Source of the DNA: Oligoflexia bacterium | GTDB taxonomy: Bacteria; Bdellovibrionota; UBA1018 | Assembly: GCA_043732485.1 (NCBI GenBank) | Contig: JAYTHP010000021.1 | Coordinates: 1-19,530, forward strand | Direction of reading: 5' to 3' | DNA: 19,530 nt | Part shown: positions 6,755 to 16,176 of the stretch, piece by piece | Numbering within the stretch: position 1 is the stretch's first letter | How the letters are laid out: every line of letters begins with the position of its first letter | Made by a program: the position numbers and the translations under genes | The notes under the pieces: model-generated | What the model saw: only the letters and a program-made list of their open reading frames with translations | Database searches by the model: none | What the model was told of the DNA's origin: nothing

Positions 6755-8929
6755 ATGGAGATGGATATGAAAACGGACAAGAAAATCAGCACGCAAAAGA
6801 ACAACTCAGGCCTCGCTAGTAGCGTCGTCGCCGTCGGCGGTCACACCACGAGAAAGAGTTGGAGACGCAACAAGGTCGCTTGTTGCAGCGACTTGCTGAC
6901 CCTCACCCTCCTGTGCTTAGGGGTCGGCCAAGGCGGGGTAGGCGGTCAGAGGGCTTTTGCGGGGCATCACGACGCGCCTGAGTTTCATCCCGACTTGGAA
7001 GGTGCCTACCAAGCGGCCTTTGACATTCTGGAAGGGCGGATGAACTACTACTCTGATTTGTATCTCTATTTCATCGATCCTCGGGAACCCATCAGTAAAA
7101 AGCTGCAGTTTTTTGTTGAAATCACCGGCCAAGAGGGTTTGTGGGGCAAGCCACTCAGTGAGCGAGAAAACGCTGCAAACCTTGCGGCCATTCAAACGCT
7201 GCAACTGAAAAAGGCCTCCAATCGGCGAGCGCTGATTGAGCTTTTGAATCCGCAATCGGAGGCTCAAGCCCAAGCCTCAGGCCACGACGTTTGGATGGAG
7301 CAGTACCGGGAGGTGCGCCAGAAGCTCAGGCTGATGGAAGAGTTGGCCGCCACGCGTCTTTTGAGTGCTGAGTTGAGTGCTGAGTTGAGTGCTGAATCCG
7401 ATTCTTCCGACTCTCATGCTGAGCGAACAGGGTCTGGCGGCTTGGCGGTCAGCAATTCGCTTGAAGCCGCACCGCAAGCTTCTGGCCTAACAGAGAGGCC
7501 AAAGGGTTGCAATGCGCGGCTTGAGAAGGTGCAAGCGAAGGCCAATTTTCTGCTCATGAGCCTGCATCGCTTTTTAAGGATTGGTCTGTGGAATGAGAAA
7601 ACGTCAGAAAAGCGGATCTTTGGTGCCGTTCGCCATTTAACTTCCCGCGAACTCAAGGCGGTAAAAGAGCAATCCCGAGAACAGCGCGAGCTGAGCGGTT
7701 TTGGGGAAGCAGAGACGCTGCTGGAAGCCATCCAGTTGCTTGAGCCGGTGGTGGCGCCTGCGTGGAGTGAAAAGTCAGGAAATTGGTGGTTTAGTGAGTT
7801 AGCCTTGGACGGCAGGGGGGTGGGTAGGGATGGGCAAGAGATACCGTCTTTCTACCCGGAGCACCGAGCTCTTCATGAAAAGGCGAAAAAGTTTTTCAAG
7901 ATTTTTGACAAATTAAAACTGCGCTACCTGGCGCTTGCGCATCTCGCTGATGGGTCACAATTAAAGCTGTTACACGCGTTGGAGTGTTTTGCCGAGATTG
8001 AGGCCGTCTGGGGGGAAATCTTTAAGCTGATTTTTCCGGAACTGTTTAGTCAATCCCCGGAGGGTCAGACTTTAGGCGCATCTGCTGAGGCGACTTCAGG
8101 TCCTGAGCAAGCGTCGTCTCGTCAGGCGTCGTCTAAAATGGCCGGCCTGCGCTGGTTCAATCTCATGATGGCGCGTCGCTCCTTGATCATTGACGCGGCC
8201 CCGACCTGGGACCTGCTCCTTGACAAGCTCAAGGCTGTGAACTGCGAAGCGGCAGCACTGGAAAGCGCTTTGAGTTTGCGACCACAAAAAAGTCCGGCTG
8301 CGATGTCTCAGTCGGGTCCAGACAAGCCTCCCGCTAGTGGTGTGATGCCAGTTGCTAGCGCGCTTCCTGTAAGTCCACCGGCTTGGCCCAAGGCGGGTCA
8401 TAGCGGGGTGGGTCACAACGACAACGTACGTCAGTCCTCAGGCCTCTTTGTGGAAGTCGAAGCCTCAGGCTGGCTCAAGTCCCCTCTTGACGGCTTGCGG
8501 GTGGGCGAGCAGGGGAGTGAGAAGTATCGAGCCGAGCTCAAGCGCCAGGCGGCGCTTGAAGCCAAATCGCAAGCCCCAGCAACTGAGCCACCTCCTCCCA
8601 CGGCAAAAGAACTGCACGTGCAAGCCCACTTGACGTCCTTTTTTAAAGGGGCCCAGCACCGTAAAATGCTTGAGAAGATTTTTGCTCGCGAGGAAAAGAG
8701 CTCCTCTTTGCGGTTCGATGAGCTGGTGTCGTTTGTCAGGAGTCTGGGCGGTGTTGTGACCCAAAAAGGGGGCTCTCACTGTATGATTCATTTTGACGGG
8801 CAAACCACCCCGCGCTCGGCCAGAGGGTATACCTTTCGTCCACATGAGGGCAGCGAGATGACCAGCGCCGTGCGGGGGTTTCGTGCGGTGCTGGAGCGCG
8901 CGGGGCTGAAGGCTAAGATGGGCTGGTGA
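6755..8929 (+). CDS. Putative exported protein with a C-terminal HicA-like RNase domain (paralog 2)
   Basis: 724 aa and colinear with paralog 1 (AY..A.DILEGR..YYSDLYLY, EITGQ, RELSGFGE, LEPVVAP.W, GNW, GGSH, RPHEG). Signal-like segment ends QRAFA. True start may be ATG 6767 (GGAG at 6757-6760). Confidence 0.8.
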   Translation: MEMDMKTDKKISTQKNNSGLASSVVAVGGHTTRKSWRRNKVACCSDLLTLTLLCLGVGQGGVGGQRAFAGHHDAPEFHPDLEGAYQAAFDILEGRMNYYSDLYLYFIDPREPISKKLQFFVEITGQEGLWGKPLSERENAANLAAIQTLQLKKASNRRALIELLNPQSEAQAQASGHDVWMEQYREVRQKLRLMEELAATRLLSAELSAELSAESDSSDSHAERTGSGGLAVSNSLEAAPQASGLTERPKGCNARLEKVQAKANFLLMSLHRFLRIGLWNEKTSEKRIFGAVRHLTSRELKAVKEQSREQRELSGFGEAETLLEAIQLLEPVVAPAWSEKSGNWWFSELALDGRGVGRDGQEIPSFYPEHRALHEKAKKFFKIFDKLKLRYLALAHLADGSQLKLLHALECFAEIEAVWGEIFKLIFPELFSQSPEGQTLGASAEATSGPEQASSRQASSKMAGLRWFNLMMARRSLIIDAAPTWDLLLDKLKAVNCEAAALESALSLRPQKSPAAMSQSGPDKPPASGVMPVASALPVSPPAWPKAGHSGVGHNDNVRQSSGLFVEVEASGWLKSPLDGLRVGEQGSEKYRAELKRQAALEAKSQAPATEPPPPTAKELHVQAHLTSFFKGAQHRKMLEKIFAREEKSSSLRFDELVSFVRSLGGVVTQKGGSHCMIHFDGQTTPRSARGYTFRPHEGSEMTSAVRGFRAVLERAGLKAKMGW
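7361..7396 (+). repeat. In-frame 12-bp tandem repeat, 3 copies (LSAE)
   Basis: TTGAGTGCTGAG TTGAGTGCTGAG TTGAGTGCTGAA, absent from paralog 1. Confidence 0.9.
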
Positions 8930-9308
8930 GGGTGTAGCGAGCGTGGAAAGAGGGGGAGGCGAAGGGTTAAAAGACGACTCTCAGGGATCCTCAGACGGGG
9001 AAAGTTTTTTTTCCCGGTGGCTCTTTTGAGTCTCGCAGCCAGCAACCCGTTGGTTTTTAATGCCGCTGCCAATGCCAAAGACGACGGGAGAAGCTTCTTC
9101 TGCCAGGTGAGGACCGTTTCTCTTTGCGGGGCGCAAGTGCTATAAAAAAAAACTGATCACTGAACTTTAAGCCCGCAGCTAACCGTTTGGCCATTGCCTT
9201 GCCAATCCGGCGCCTTCCCCGTTCCATGTTGAAAATGTGGTGCTAAAGCACCCCCCTGAGAGGGTGTGGGAGTCGAGTGGTAGACGCAACCTGAGGGATT
9301 TTTTTAGC

Positions 9309-12248
9309 TTATTTTCGTACTTTCCCGCGCTTCGCTGTGGGCTTGGCCTTGCTCTGGTTTTTCGCTCTGGTTTTCTTAGCTAGCGGCTTTTTTGCTTTGC
9401 GAGGTTCCGGCTGTGGCTGTGTGGCGCGAGAGCGCTTGGTAGCAAGGGTGGAGGCTTTGGCTTTGGTGGCAGCGGTTGATGCTACCTTTGCCTCAGGACC
9501 AGTAGGATAGCGCAGGTGGGCTTGCGCCGCCGCTAACCTGGCAATGGCCACGCGGTAGGGCGAGCAACTGACGTAATTCAGTCCTAGCTGATGGCAGAGC
9601 ACAATGGAGGAGGGATCGCCGCCTTGTTCGCCGCAAATCCCGATTTTAAGATCAGGCTTGGCAAGCCTACCCTCTTGAATCGAAAGTTTCATCAAGCGAC
9701 CTACGCCCTCAGGATCAATGGAGGCAAACGGATCGGCATCGTAGACCTTGGTGCGCAGGTAATCCTTGAGGAAGGCTCCGGCATCGTCGCGCGATAAGCC
9801 TAAGGTGGTTTGCGTTAGGTCATTGGTGCCAAAGCTAAAAAAGTCGGCAAACCCAGCGATCTTTTCGGACGTCAGCGCCGCACGGGGCAACTCAATCATC
9901 GTGCCAATTAAGACCGGTGTGGGCTTGAGGTGGTACTTAGCAAAAGCGGCTTGCACTTCCAGCTCGCATTTTTCTCGCAAAAAGCGCAGTTCCTGCCAAT
10001 GACCAATCAGCGGGATCATGATCTCAGGCACGATCCGCGCCTTTTGCTCCAGCATCACTTCACAAGCAGCTTCCATGATCGCGCGCACCTGGGTTTGGTA
10101 AATCTCAGGATAACTAATGCCCAAGCGACAGCCACGATGGCCTAACATCGGGTTCATCTCATGGAGCGAGTCGCGCCTGCTTTTGAGTTGGTCAAAAGAG
10201 ATTTGTAATTTCTCAGCTAGTACGCGGATCTCCCGGTCCTCGTGCGGCACGAATTCGTGCAGCGGTGGGTCGAGTAAGCGAATAATCACAGGCTTCCCGG
10301 GCATCGCTTGAAAGAGCGCCTTGAAGTCCGATTTTTGCATCGGCAACATCTTCTCAAGCGCTAAGGCACGATCAGACGACGTCATCGCAAAAATCATCTC
10401 GCGCACGGCGTCGATACGATCGGCATCAAAAAACATGTGCTCCGTGCGACACAGACCAATCCCTTCAGCACCAAAACTGCGGGCGGTTTGGGCATCGAGC
10501 GGCGTGTCGGCGTTAGCAAAAACCTGCAGCCGACGATATTGATCAGCCCAACCGAGCAAGGTCTCAAGGTCGGCGTTTAAATTGGCGCTCAGGGTCGGAA
10601 CGAGTCCTAAAAACACCTCGCCCGTGGAACCGTCAATCGTCAGTAAATCGCCTTCCCGAAACACGTAATGATCGACCGTGCATTCCTTGCGCCATTCACT
10701 AATTTTTAAGGACACACAGCCAGAAACACAGGGTTTTCCCATGCCGCGCGCTACCACGGCCGCATGCGAGGTCATCCCGCCGCGCGCCGTGAGAATGCCT
10801 TGAGCCGCAGCCATGCCCTTAATGTCCTCAGGCGAGGTCTCAGCCCGCACGAGTAACACTTTCTTACCCTGCTCCGCCCAGAGTGCCGCTGTCTCGGGAT
10901 CAAAGACAATCTGCCCTGAGGCGGCACCCGGCGAGGCCGGCAAGCCTTGTGTCACAAATTGCTTGTGCGCTTGAGGATCCAAGCGCGGATGGAGGAGTTG
11001 GTCCAACTGCTCAGGCTGAATGCGTAAAATGGCTTCTGCTTGGGTGATTTGATGCTCGTTCACCAAATCTATGGCGATGCGCAAGGCTGCAGCCGCACTA
11101 CGCTTGCCCGAGCGTGTTTGCAGCAAGTACAGTTTTCCTTGCTCAATGGTAAACTCAATGTCTTGCATGTCCCGGTAGTGCTGCTCCAAAGTCTGATAAA
11201 CCTTGACCAACTGCTGATAGACCTCAGGCATCAATTCTTCCAAGGTCTTTTGTGAGTCAGACGCCTGCTTCGAGGCCAGATTGATCGCTTGCGGGGTGCG
11301 AATCCCGGCCACCACGTCTTCGCCTTGGGCGTTGAGCAAAAATTCGCCAAAAAACTTCTTTTCTCCGGTGGAAGGATCGCGGGTAAACGCCACGCCGGTG
11401 GCACAATCCTCGCCGCGGTTGCCAAAAACCATGGCTTGAATGGTGACTGCCGTCCCCCCACTTTCAGGGATTCCCTGCAAGGCACGGTAGGTGATCGCCC
11501 GGCTGTTCATCCAGGAGTGCAAGACCGCACGAATGGCTCCCCACAGCTGCTCGTGGGGGTCTTCCGGGAAGACCTGGCCTTCTGCGGCAATGATTTGTTT
11601 GAACTTTTTCACCAACTGGGCCAGTTGTTCGGCGCTCAGCTGATGGTCTTCCAGGCAATGATGCTGATGCTTCAAGTCCTCAAGCGCACTTTCAAACAGC
11701 GGAGCTGCCACCCCTAAGACCACCTCACCGTACATCGCCACAAACCTGCGGTAACTGTCATAGCTGAAGCGCGCATTGTCTTGCGACTCCTCAGTCCAGC
11801 CCTGCACGCTGTCATCGTTGATGCCTAAGTTCAAGATCGTATCCATCATGCCAGGCATCGAGGCTGCGGCCCCGGAGCGCACAGAAACCAGCAGCGGCCG
11901 GGTTCTGGCACCTAAACGACGGCCGGTGACCTTTTCAATTTTTTGCAACGCCGTAGTGACCTCTTGCTCAAAGCCTTGCGGAAAGCGTTCCTGGTTTTGG
12001 TAAAAGTAAGTGCAGACCTCCGTTGAGATCGTAAAGCCTGCAGGGACTCTCAGGCCCAAGCGGGTCATTTCGTGCAAGTTGGCGCCTTTACCGCCTAAGA
12101 GTTGCTTTTGCGATCCCTCGCCTTCCGCTTTGCCGTTACCAAAGAAGAACACCCGCTTGCGGGAGGTCTTGCCTACTGTTTGGATTTTTTTTGGGCTCTT
12201 TTGCGGTATTTTTTTAGCTTTCAGGCTGCCAGTTTTTAATTTTTTCAT
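9309..12248 (-). CDS. ppdK: Pyruvate, phosphate dikinase
   Basis: Motifs [29 protein letters not shown] (phospho-His), [22 protein letters not shown] and GICGE. ATG 12248 is the likely start and overlaps the glyQS 3' end by 35 nt. Confidence 0.97.
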   Translation of the reverse strand: MKKLKTGSLKAKKIPQKSPKKIQTVGKTSRKRVFFFGNGKAEGEGSQKQLLGGKGANLHEMTRLGLRVPAGFTISTEVCTYFYQNQERFPQGFEQEVTTALQKIEKVTGRRLGARTRPLLVSVRSGAAASMPGMMDTILNLGINDDSVQGWTEESQDNARFSYDSYRRFVAMYGEVVLGVAAPLFESALEDLKHQHHCLEDHQLSAEQLAQLVKKFKQIIAAEGQVFPEDPHEQLWGAIRAVLHSWMNSRAITYRALQGIPESGGTAVTIQAMVFGNRGEDCATGVAFTRDPSTGEKKFFGEFLLNAQGEDVVAGIRTPQAINLASKQASDSQKTLEELMPEVYQQLVKVYQTLEQHYRDMQDIEFTIEQGKLYLLQTRSGKRSAAAALRIAIDLVNEHQITQAEAILRIQPEQLDQLLHPRLDPQAHKQFVTQGLPASPGAASGQIVFDPETAALWAEQGKKVLLVRAETSPEDIKGMAAAQGILTARGGMTSHAAVVARGMGKPCVSGCVSLKISEWRKECTVDHYVFREGDLLTIDGSTGEVFLGLVPTLSANLNADLETLLGWADQYRRLQVFANADTPLDAQTARSFGAEGIGLCRTEHMFFDADRIDAVREMIFAMTSSDRALALEKMLPMQKSDFKALFQAMPGKPVIIRLLDPPLHEFVPHEDREIRVLAEKLQISFDQLKSRRDSLHEMNPMLGHRGCRLGISYPEIYQTQVRAIMEAACEVMLEQKARIVPEIMIPLIGHWQELRFLREKCELEVQAAFAKYHLKPTPVLIGTMIELPRAALTSEKIAGFADFFSFGTNDLTQTTLGLSRDDAGAFLKDYLRTKVYDADPFASIDPEGVGRLMKLSIQEGRLAKPDLKIGICGEQGGDPSSIVLCHQLGLNYVSCSPYRVAIARLAAAQAHLRYPTGPEAKVASTAATKAKASTLATKRSRATQPQPEPRKAKKPLAKKTRAKNQSKAKPTAKRGKVRK

Positions 12249-13563
12249 CGAGATACGCGCTGAGGTGACTAACAGCAATCCTTTCTTGAGCCATCGTGTC
12301 GCGGTGGCGAACGGTCACCGATTGTTGGCTGGGCGTTTCATAATCAATCGTGATCCCAAAGGGAGTCCCAATTTCATCTTGTCTGCGGTAGCGCTTGCCA
12401 ATGGACCCTGCCTCTTCTTGCGTCAAGCGAAAGCGCGGCTTGAGGTCGGCTGCAATTCGGGCGGCAATTTCCATCAGCTCGGGCTTCTTCATCAAAGGGA
12501 AAATAGCCACTTTGTAAGGTGCCAGGCGTGGATGCAATTGCAGCCAGACCCGCTCTTGGTGCAAGCGGTAAGCATCCACCAGCAGGGTTAAAAGCGTTCG
12601 GTCACAACCGGCTGAGGTTTCAATAATGTAAGGCAAGTAGCGTTGCTTGCTTTCCTCATCAAAGTATTCAAGCTTTTTGCCGCTTTGCGCCTGGTGCCTG
12701 GATAAATCAAAATCGCCGCGGTGGTGGATCCCCTCAAGCTCCTGCCAGCCAAAGGGAAACTGATACTCCACATCGACTGCCGCATGGGCATAGTGGGCCA
12801 GCTCGTGCGCCTGATGCGGGTGCAGCCGCAGCCGACTGGCCCGCACACCGTTGTTGATGTGCCAGGCCATTCGTTGTTCTTTCCAAGACTCAAACCAGGT
12901 CATGGCTGAGCTTGGCTCAACGAAAAATTGCATCTCCATCTGCTCAAATTCCCGGGTCCGAAAGATAAAATTGCCGGGAGTGATTTCGTTGCGGAAGGCT
13001 TTGCCAATTTGCGCAATCCCGAAGGGAATTTTCTGGCGTGTGGCCTGCTGCACGTTGGTAAAGTTGACGAAAATCCCCTGTGCCGTCTCAGGTCTGAGGT
13101 AGATCTGCGAGGCTGAATCTTCAAGCGCCCCCATGGAGGTCTTAAACATCAGGTTAAACTGCCGCGCCTCAGTTAAGTCCCCTTGGCACTCAGGACAAAT
13201 CTTGCTTGCAAGCACCGTTGCCTCTAACTGATCGGCTCGAAACCGTGATTTGCACTTACGGCAATCCACCAGCGGGTCGACAAAGCCTGAGACGTGGCCT
13301 GATGCCTCCCAAACCTTTGGGTGCATTAAAATGGCTGCGTCCAGACCCTCGATGTTCTCTTGATCGGTCATCGATTGCCACCAGTGGTCTTTGATATTTT
13401 TTTTCAGGGCCACACCTAAGGGGCCATAGTCCCAGCAGGCATTAATTCCTCCGTAAATTTCACTGGAGGGAAAAATGAAACCGCGCTGTTTGCACAAGGA
13501 AACCAGCGTGGCTAAATCCTTTAGATCTGAGGCGGCATCAGTCGGAGTGGTGACAAGTGACAT
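12214..13563 (-). CDS. glyQS: Glycine--tRNA ligase, homodimeric alpha2 type
   Basis: Motifs [52 protein letters not shown] and [15 protein letters not shown]. Confidence 0.97.
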   Translation of the reverse strand: MSLVTTPTDAASDLKDLATLVSLCKQRGFIFPSSEIYGGINACWDYGPLGVALKKNIKDHWWQSMTDQENIEGLDAAILMHPKVWEASGHVSGFVDPLVDCRKCKSRFRADQLEATVLASKICPECQGDLTEARQFNLMFKTSMGALEDSASQIYLRPETAQGIFVNFTNVQQATRQKIPFGIAQIGKAFRNEITPGNFIFRTREFEQMEMQFFVEPSSAMTWFESWKEQRMAWHINNGVRASRLRLHPHQAHELAHYAHAAVDVEYQFPFGWQELEGIHHRGDFDLSRHQAQSGKKLEYFDEESKQRYLPYIIETSAGCDRTLLTLLVDAYRLHQERVWLQLHPRLAPYKVAIFPLMKKPELMEIAARIAADLKPRFRLTQEEAGSIGKRYRRQDEIGTPFGITIDYETPSQQSVTVRHRDTMAQERIAVSHLSAYLDEKIKNWQPES

Positions 13564-13570
13564 ACTAGTG

Positions 13571-13599
13571 GGGATAGCAAAGCGCAGCGCTCAGCGCAA
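13571..13599 (-). promoter_or_regulatory. Candidate promoter immediately upstream of glyQS
   Basis: Minus strand reads TTGCGC, 17 nt spacer ending TTTGC, TATCCC, 7 nt, ATG. The -10 element is imperfect and there is no SD. Confidence 0.35.
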
Positions 13600-13602
13600 G
13601 GG

Positions 13603-15348
13603 CTAGGCTCGGATATTTTGAAAGCGGGCATAAGCTTGATTCAACTGCATCAACTCGGCGTGCCGCCCTTGCTCGATGATTTCCCCGTCTTTAAGCACTA
13701 AAATGAGATCGGCATGCTCAATGGTCGACAAACGGTGGGCAATAATCAGTGTGGTGCGGTGTTTCATCAGCTGGCTTAAGGCCTTTTGCACGGCAAGCTC
13801 AGAGGCAGAGTCGAGGCTTGAGGTGGCTTCATCGAGAATCAGCAAGGGCGCCTCGCGCAAGAAGGCGCGGGCAATGGAAATCCGCTGGCGCTCGCCGCCT
13901 GACAGTTTTTGCCCGCGATCGCCAATCCGACTCTCCAAGCCCTCAGGTAGCTGGTCGATAAACGACAACGCGTCAGCCCGCTGGGCTGCCCGGCGGATGT
14001 CTTGTGGTGTGGCTGAAAGCTTACCGTAACGGATGTTTTCTGCAAGCGTATCGTTAAATAAAAAAACGTCCTGGCTGACCACCGAGATCATGCTGCGCAG
14101 TTTTTCCAGCGAAAACTGCCGAATATCGCAGCCGCCAATGCAAATCCGGCCCTGGGAGACATCAAAAAGCCGCGGAATCAGTTGCGCAAGCGAGCTTTTC
14201 CCCGCGCCACTTTCGCCCACCATGGCCACCACTTGCCCTTGCGCGATTTGAAAATCAATGTCTTTTAAAACGGCGCGTTGTGGGGCGTCAGGATAGGCAA
14301 ACGAAACGTGCTCCAGCGACAGGTCAAAGCGCACCGGGTCTGAAGCGGCAGCCGGGGCGTGAGGCGGTTGGCTACCGCCCTTGGCAGGGTCGGTGAGGCT
14401 TGATTCCCAAAGAAACGTCTGAAAAATTCGCTGGGAGGCTGCAGCTGTTTGGTGCAACTTCATGTTGATGTCATTGAGCGAGCGAATCGGGTTCATCATC
14501 ATGGCAAATGTGGTGAAGAAGGCAAAAAGGTCTCCTGCCGTCATGCTCCCTTGGATCACTTGCAAGCCGCCGTAATAAATCAAGGGAGCAAGCGCCAGGG
14601 CGGTCAGCAGTTCCACGAGCGGGTGGGCAATCTCCTCGACCAGCGAGGTTTTCAGTAAAAAGCGGGCATAGAGCTCATTTTGCTGAGCGAACTTGCGAAA
14701 CACCTCTTTTTCAAGTCGAAAGAGGTGGATCGTGCGAATGCCCGCCAGGCTTTCTTGTAAAGTGGAGTAAAGTGCTCCGTTAATTTCCGAGAGGCGATTG
14801 AGGTAGCGTTTGAGGATTTTGCCGCTGCGGGAAAACACCAGCGCTAAAAAGGGCGCAAGCACCAGCGTGATGATCGTGAGGCGCCAATTTAAGTACAAGG
14901 CATAGCTGAAGAGGAAAATCAGGGTAATCGGCTCGCGAATCAGCAGGTTAATGCAACCTAACCCGGCATCAATCAGTTGCGGGTCGGCGTTGACGCGTGA
15001 CATCCAGGTGCCGGTGCTTTCGCGCGTAAAGTGATCCACCGAGAGTCCTAAGATATGACTCAGCAAGTCATTTTTGAGGTGCTGGTGGGTTCTGATGATG
15101 ACTTTGCGCAGCAAGTAATAGTGGGCAAAGCGCACGAAGAAATTGAGCACATAAAGGCCGATTAAGGCTAAGGGGAAGAGATAAAGCTGGGTGAGATTGC
15201 CTTTGCTCAGGATTTCATCCAACATATACTTGACCACGGGAGCAGGCCCTAGCCGAATGGCAGACAAAGGGATGGCAAGCGTTGCGCTGCAGGCAATTAA
15301 GATCCAGTGTGGCCGCAAATAAGGCCAAAGTTTTTGAAAAGATGACAT
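13603..15348 (-). CDS. msbA: MsbA-like ABC exporter (fused TMD-NBD), probable lipid A flippase
   Basis: N-terminal multi-TM domain, Walker A GESGAGKS, Q-loop VSQD, signature LSGGERQR, Walker B LILDEATSSLD and IAHRLST. Adjacent to gmhB. Substrate is inferred. Confidence 0.82.
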   Translation of the reverse strand: MSSFQKLWPYLRPHWILIACSATLAIPLSAIRLGPAPVVKYMLDEILSKGNLTQLYLFPLALIGLYVLNFFVRFAHYYLLRKVIIRTHQHLKNDLLSHILGLSVDHFTRESTGTWMSRVNADPQLIDAGLGCINLLIREPITLIFLFSYALYLNWRLTIITLVLAPFLALVFSRSGKILKRYLNRLSEINGALYSTLQESLAGIRTIHLFRLEKEVFRKFAQQNELYARFLLKTSLVEEIAHPLVELLTALALAPLIYYGGLQVIQGSMTAGDLFAFFTTFAMMMNPIRSLNDINMKLHQTAAASQRIFQTFLWESSLTDPAKGGSQPPHAPAAASDPVRFDLSLEHVSFAYPDAPQRAVLKDIDFQIAQGQVVAMVGESGAGKSSLAQLIPRLFDVSQGRICIGGCDIRQFSLEKLRSMISVVSQDVFLFNDTLAENIRYGKLSATPQDIRRAAQRADALSFIDQLPEGLESRIGDRGQKLSGGERQRISIARAFLREAPLLILDEATSSLDSASELAVQKALSQLMKHRTTLIIAHRLSTIEHADLILVLKDGEIIEQGRHAELMQLNQAYARFQNIRA

Positions 15349-15546
15349 GATGGAGGAAAACCTTTGCTAGACTTTTGATCTTGGCATATTTTTTTTAACG
15401 AGCATAGTCCCAAAAGTAAGCTCAAAACCCTACCCGTAAACGGACCAATCCCGTAGATCTCCCCTTCTTCAGGCGCTCTTTGAGTTCTTGCTGGCTGAGG
15501 GGGGTCGTCTGCGAAAGCCTTTGAAAGAGCAAAACGCACCTTCAAT

Positions 15547-16176
15547 ATGATTATTTTTGAAAAAACTCTCACTCAGCTTGGCCAAAGACCGGCCATTTTT
15601 CTCGATCGCGACGGCACCTTGAATGAAGACCCCGGGTATTTGAGTGACCCGCGCCAACTCAAACTGCTACCCGACGTGGGAGTGAGTTTGAAGCGCTTAG
15701 AGCAGGCGGGCTTCCTTTTGGTGGTGGTTTCCAATCAATCAGGGGTGGCGCGTGGGCTGATCACCCGTAAGAACCTGATTTTGATCCATCAAAAAATGGA
15801 CGAGTTGCTCAAGCCTGCAGGCGTGCGCATCTTTGATTACCGCTTGTGCTTGCATCATCCGGATGAGCAGTGCCTGTGTCGCAAGCCCCATCCCCAGATG
15901 CTGCTTGATGCGGCGGCGGAATATAACCTGACATTGCGCCAATCGGTGATGATCGGGGATCGCTTAACCGATGTGCAAGCAGGCCAACGCGCCGGCTGCG
16001 GGAAAACCGTGCTGCTTCGCTGGGTGCATCTGGGAAGCGCCTCGCCTGAGCAAAATTTTGATGCCATTCCCCAAGACACCTATGTGGCAAGCTCGCTTGC
16101 CCAGGCGGTGGATTGGATTTTGTCATCGCACGCCAACCCCTCCTCCCCTCCCCCGGCTGCAACTGCAACTTCCTAG
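15547..16176 (+). CDS. gmhB: D-glycero-D-manno-heptose 1,7-bisphosphate phosphatase (HAD IIIA)
   Basis: Motifs AIFLDRDGTLN, VVSNQSGVARG, Zn site CLHHP..CLCRKP and MIGDRLTD. Its stop overlaps the convergent recO stop (CTAG). Confidence 0.9.
   Translation: MIIFEKTLTQLGQRPAIFLDRDGTLNEDPGYLSDPRQLKLLPDVGVSLKRLEQAGFLLVVVSNQSGVARGLITRKNLILIHQKMDELLKPAGVRIFDYRLCLHHPDEQCLCRKPHPQMLLDAAAEYNLTLRQSVMIGDRLTDVQAGQRAGCGKTVLLRWVHLGSASPEQNFDAIPQDTYVASSLAQAVDWILSSHANPSSPPPAATATS

Noticed and set aside
6637..6819. 60 aa ORF between the paralogs as a possible HicB or immunity gene
   Set aside because: GTG start, overlaps paralog 2 by 65 nt, low-complexity hydrophilic sequence and no HicB-like pattern.
8930..9308. 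Downstream intergenic region as an immunity gene or sRNA
   Set aside because: No ORF of 60 aa or more on the plus strand. Only short hairpins (near 8996-9016 and 9249-9266) and an isolated TGcTATAAA, which is too weak to call.
9591..14658. Many antisense and alternate-frame ORFs over ppdK, glyQS and msbA
   Set aside because: Shadow ORFs of well-supported genes with no recognisable motifs.
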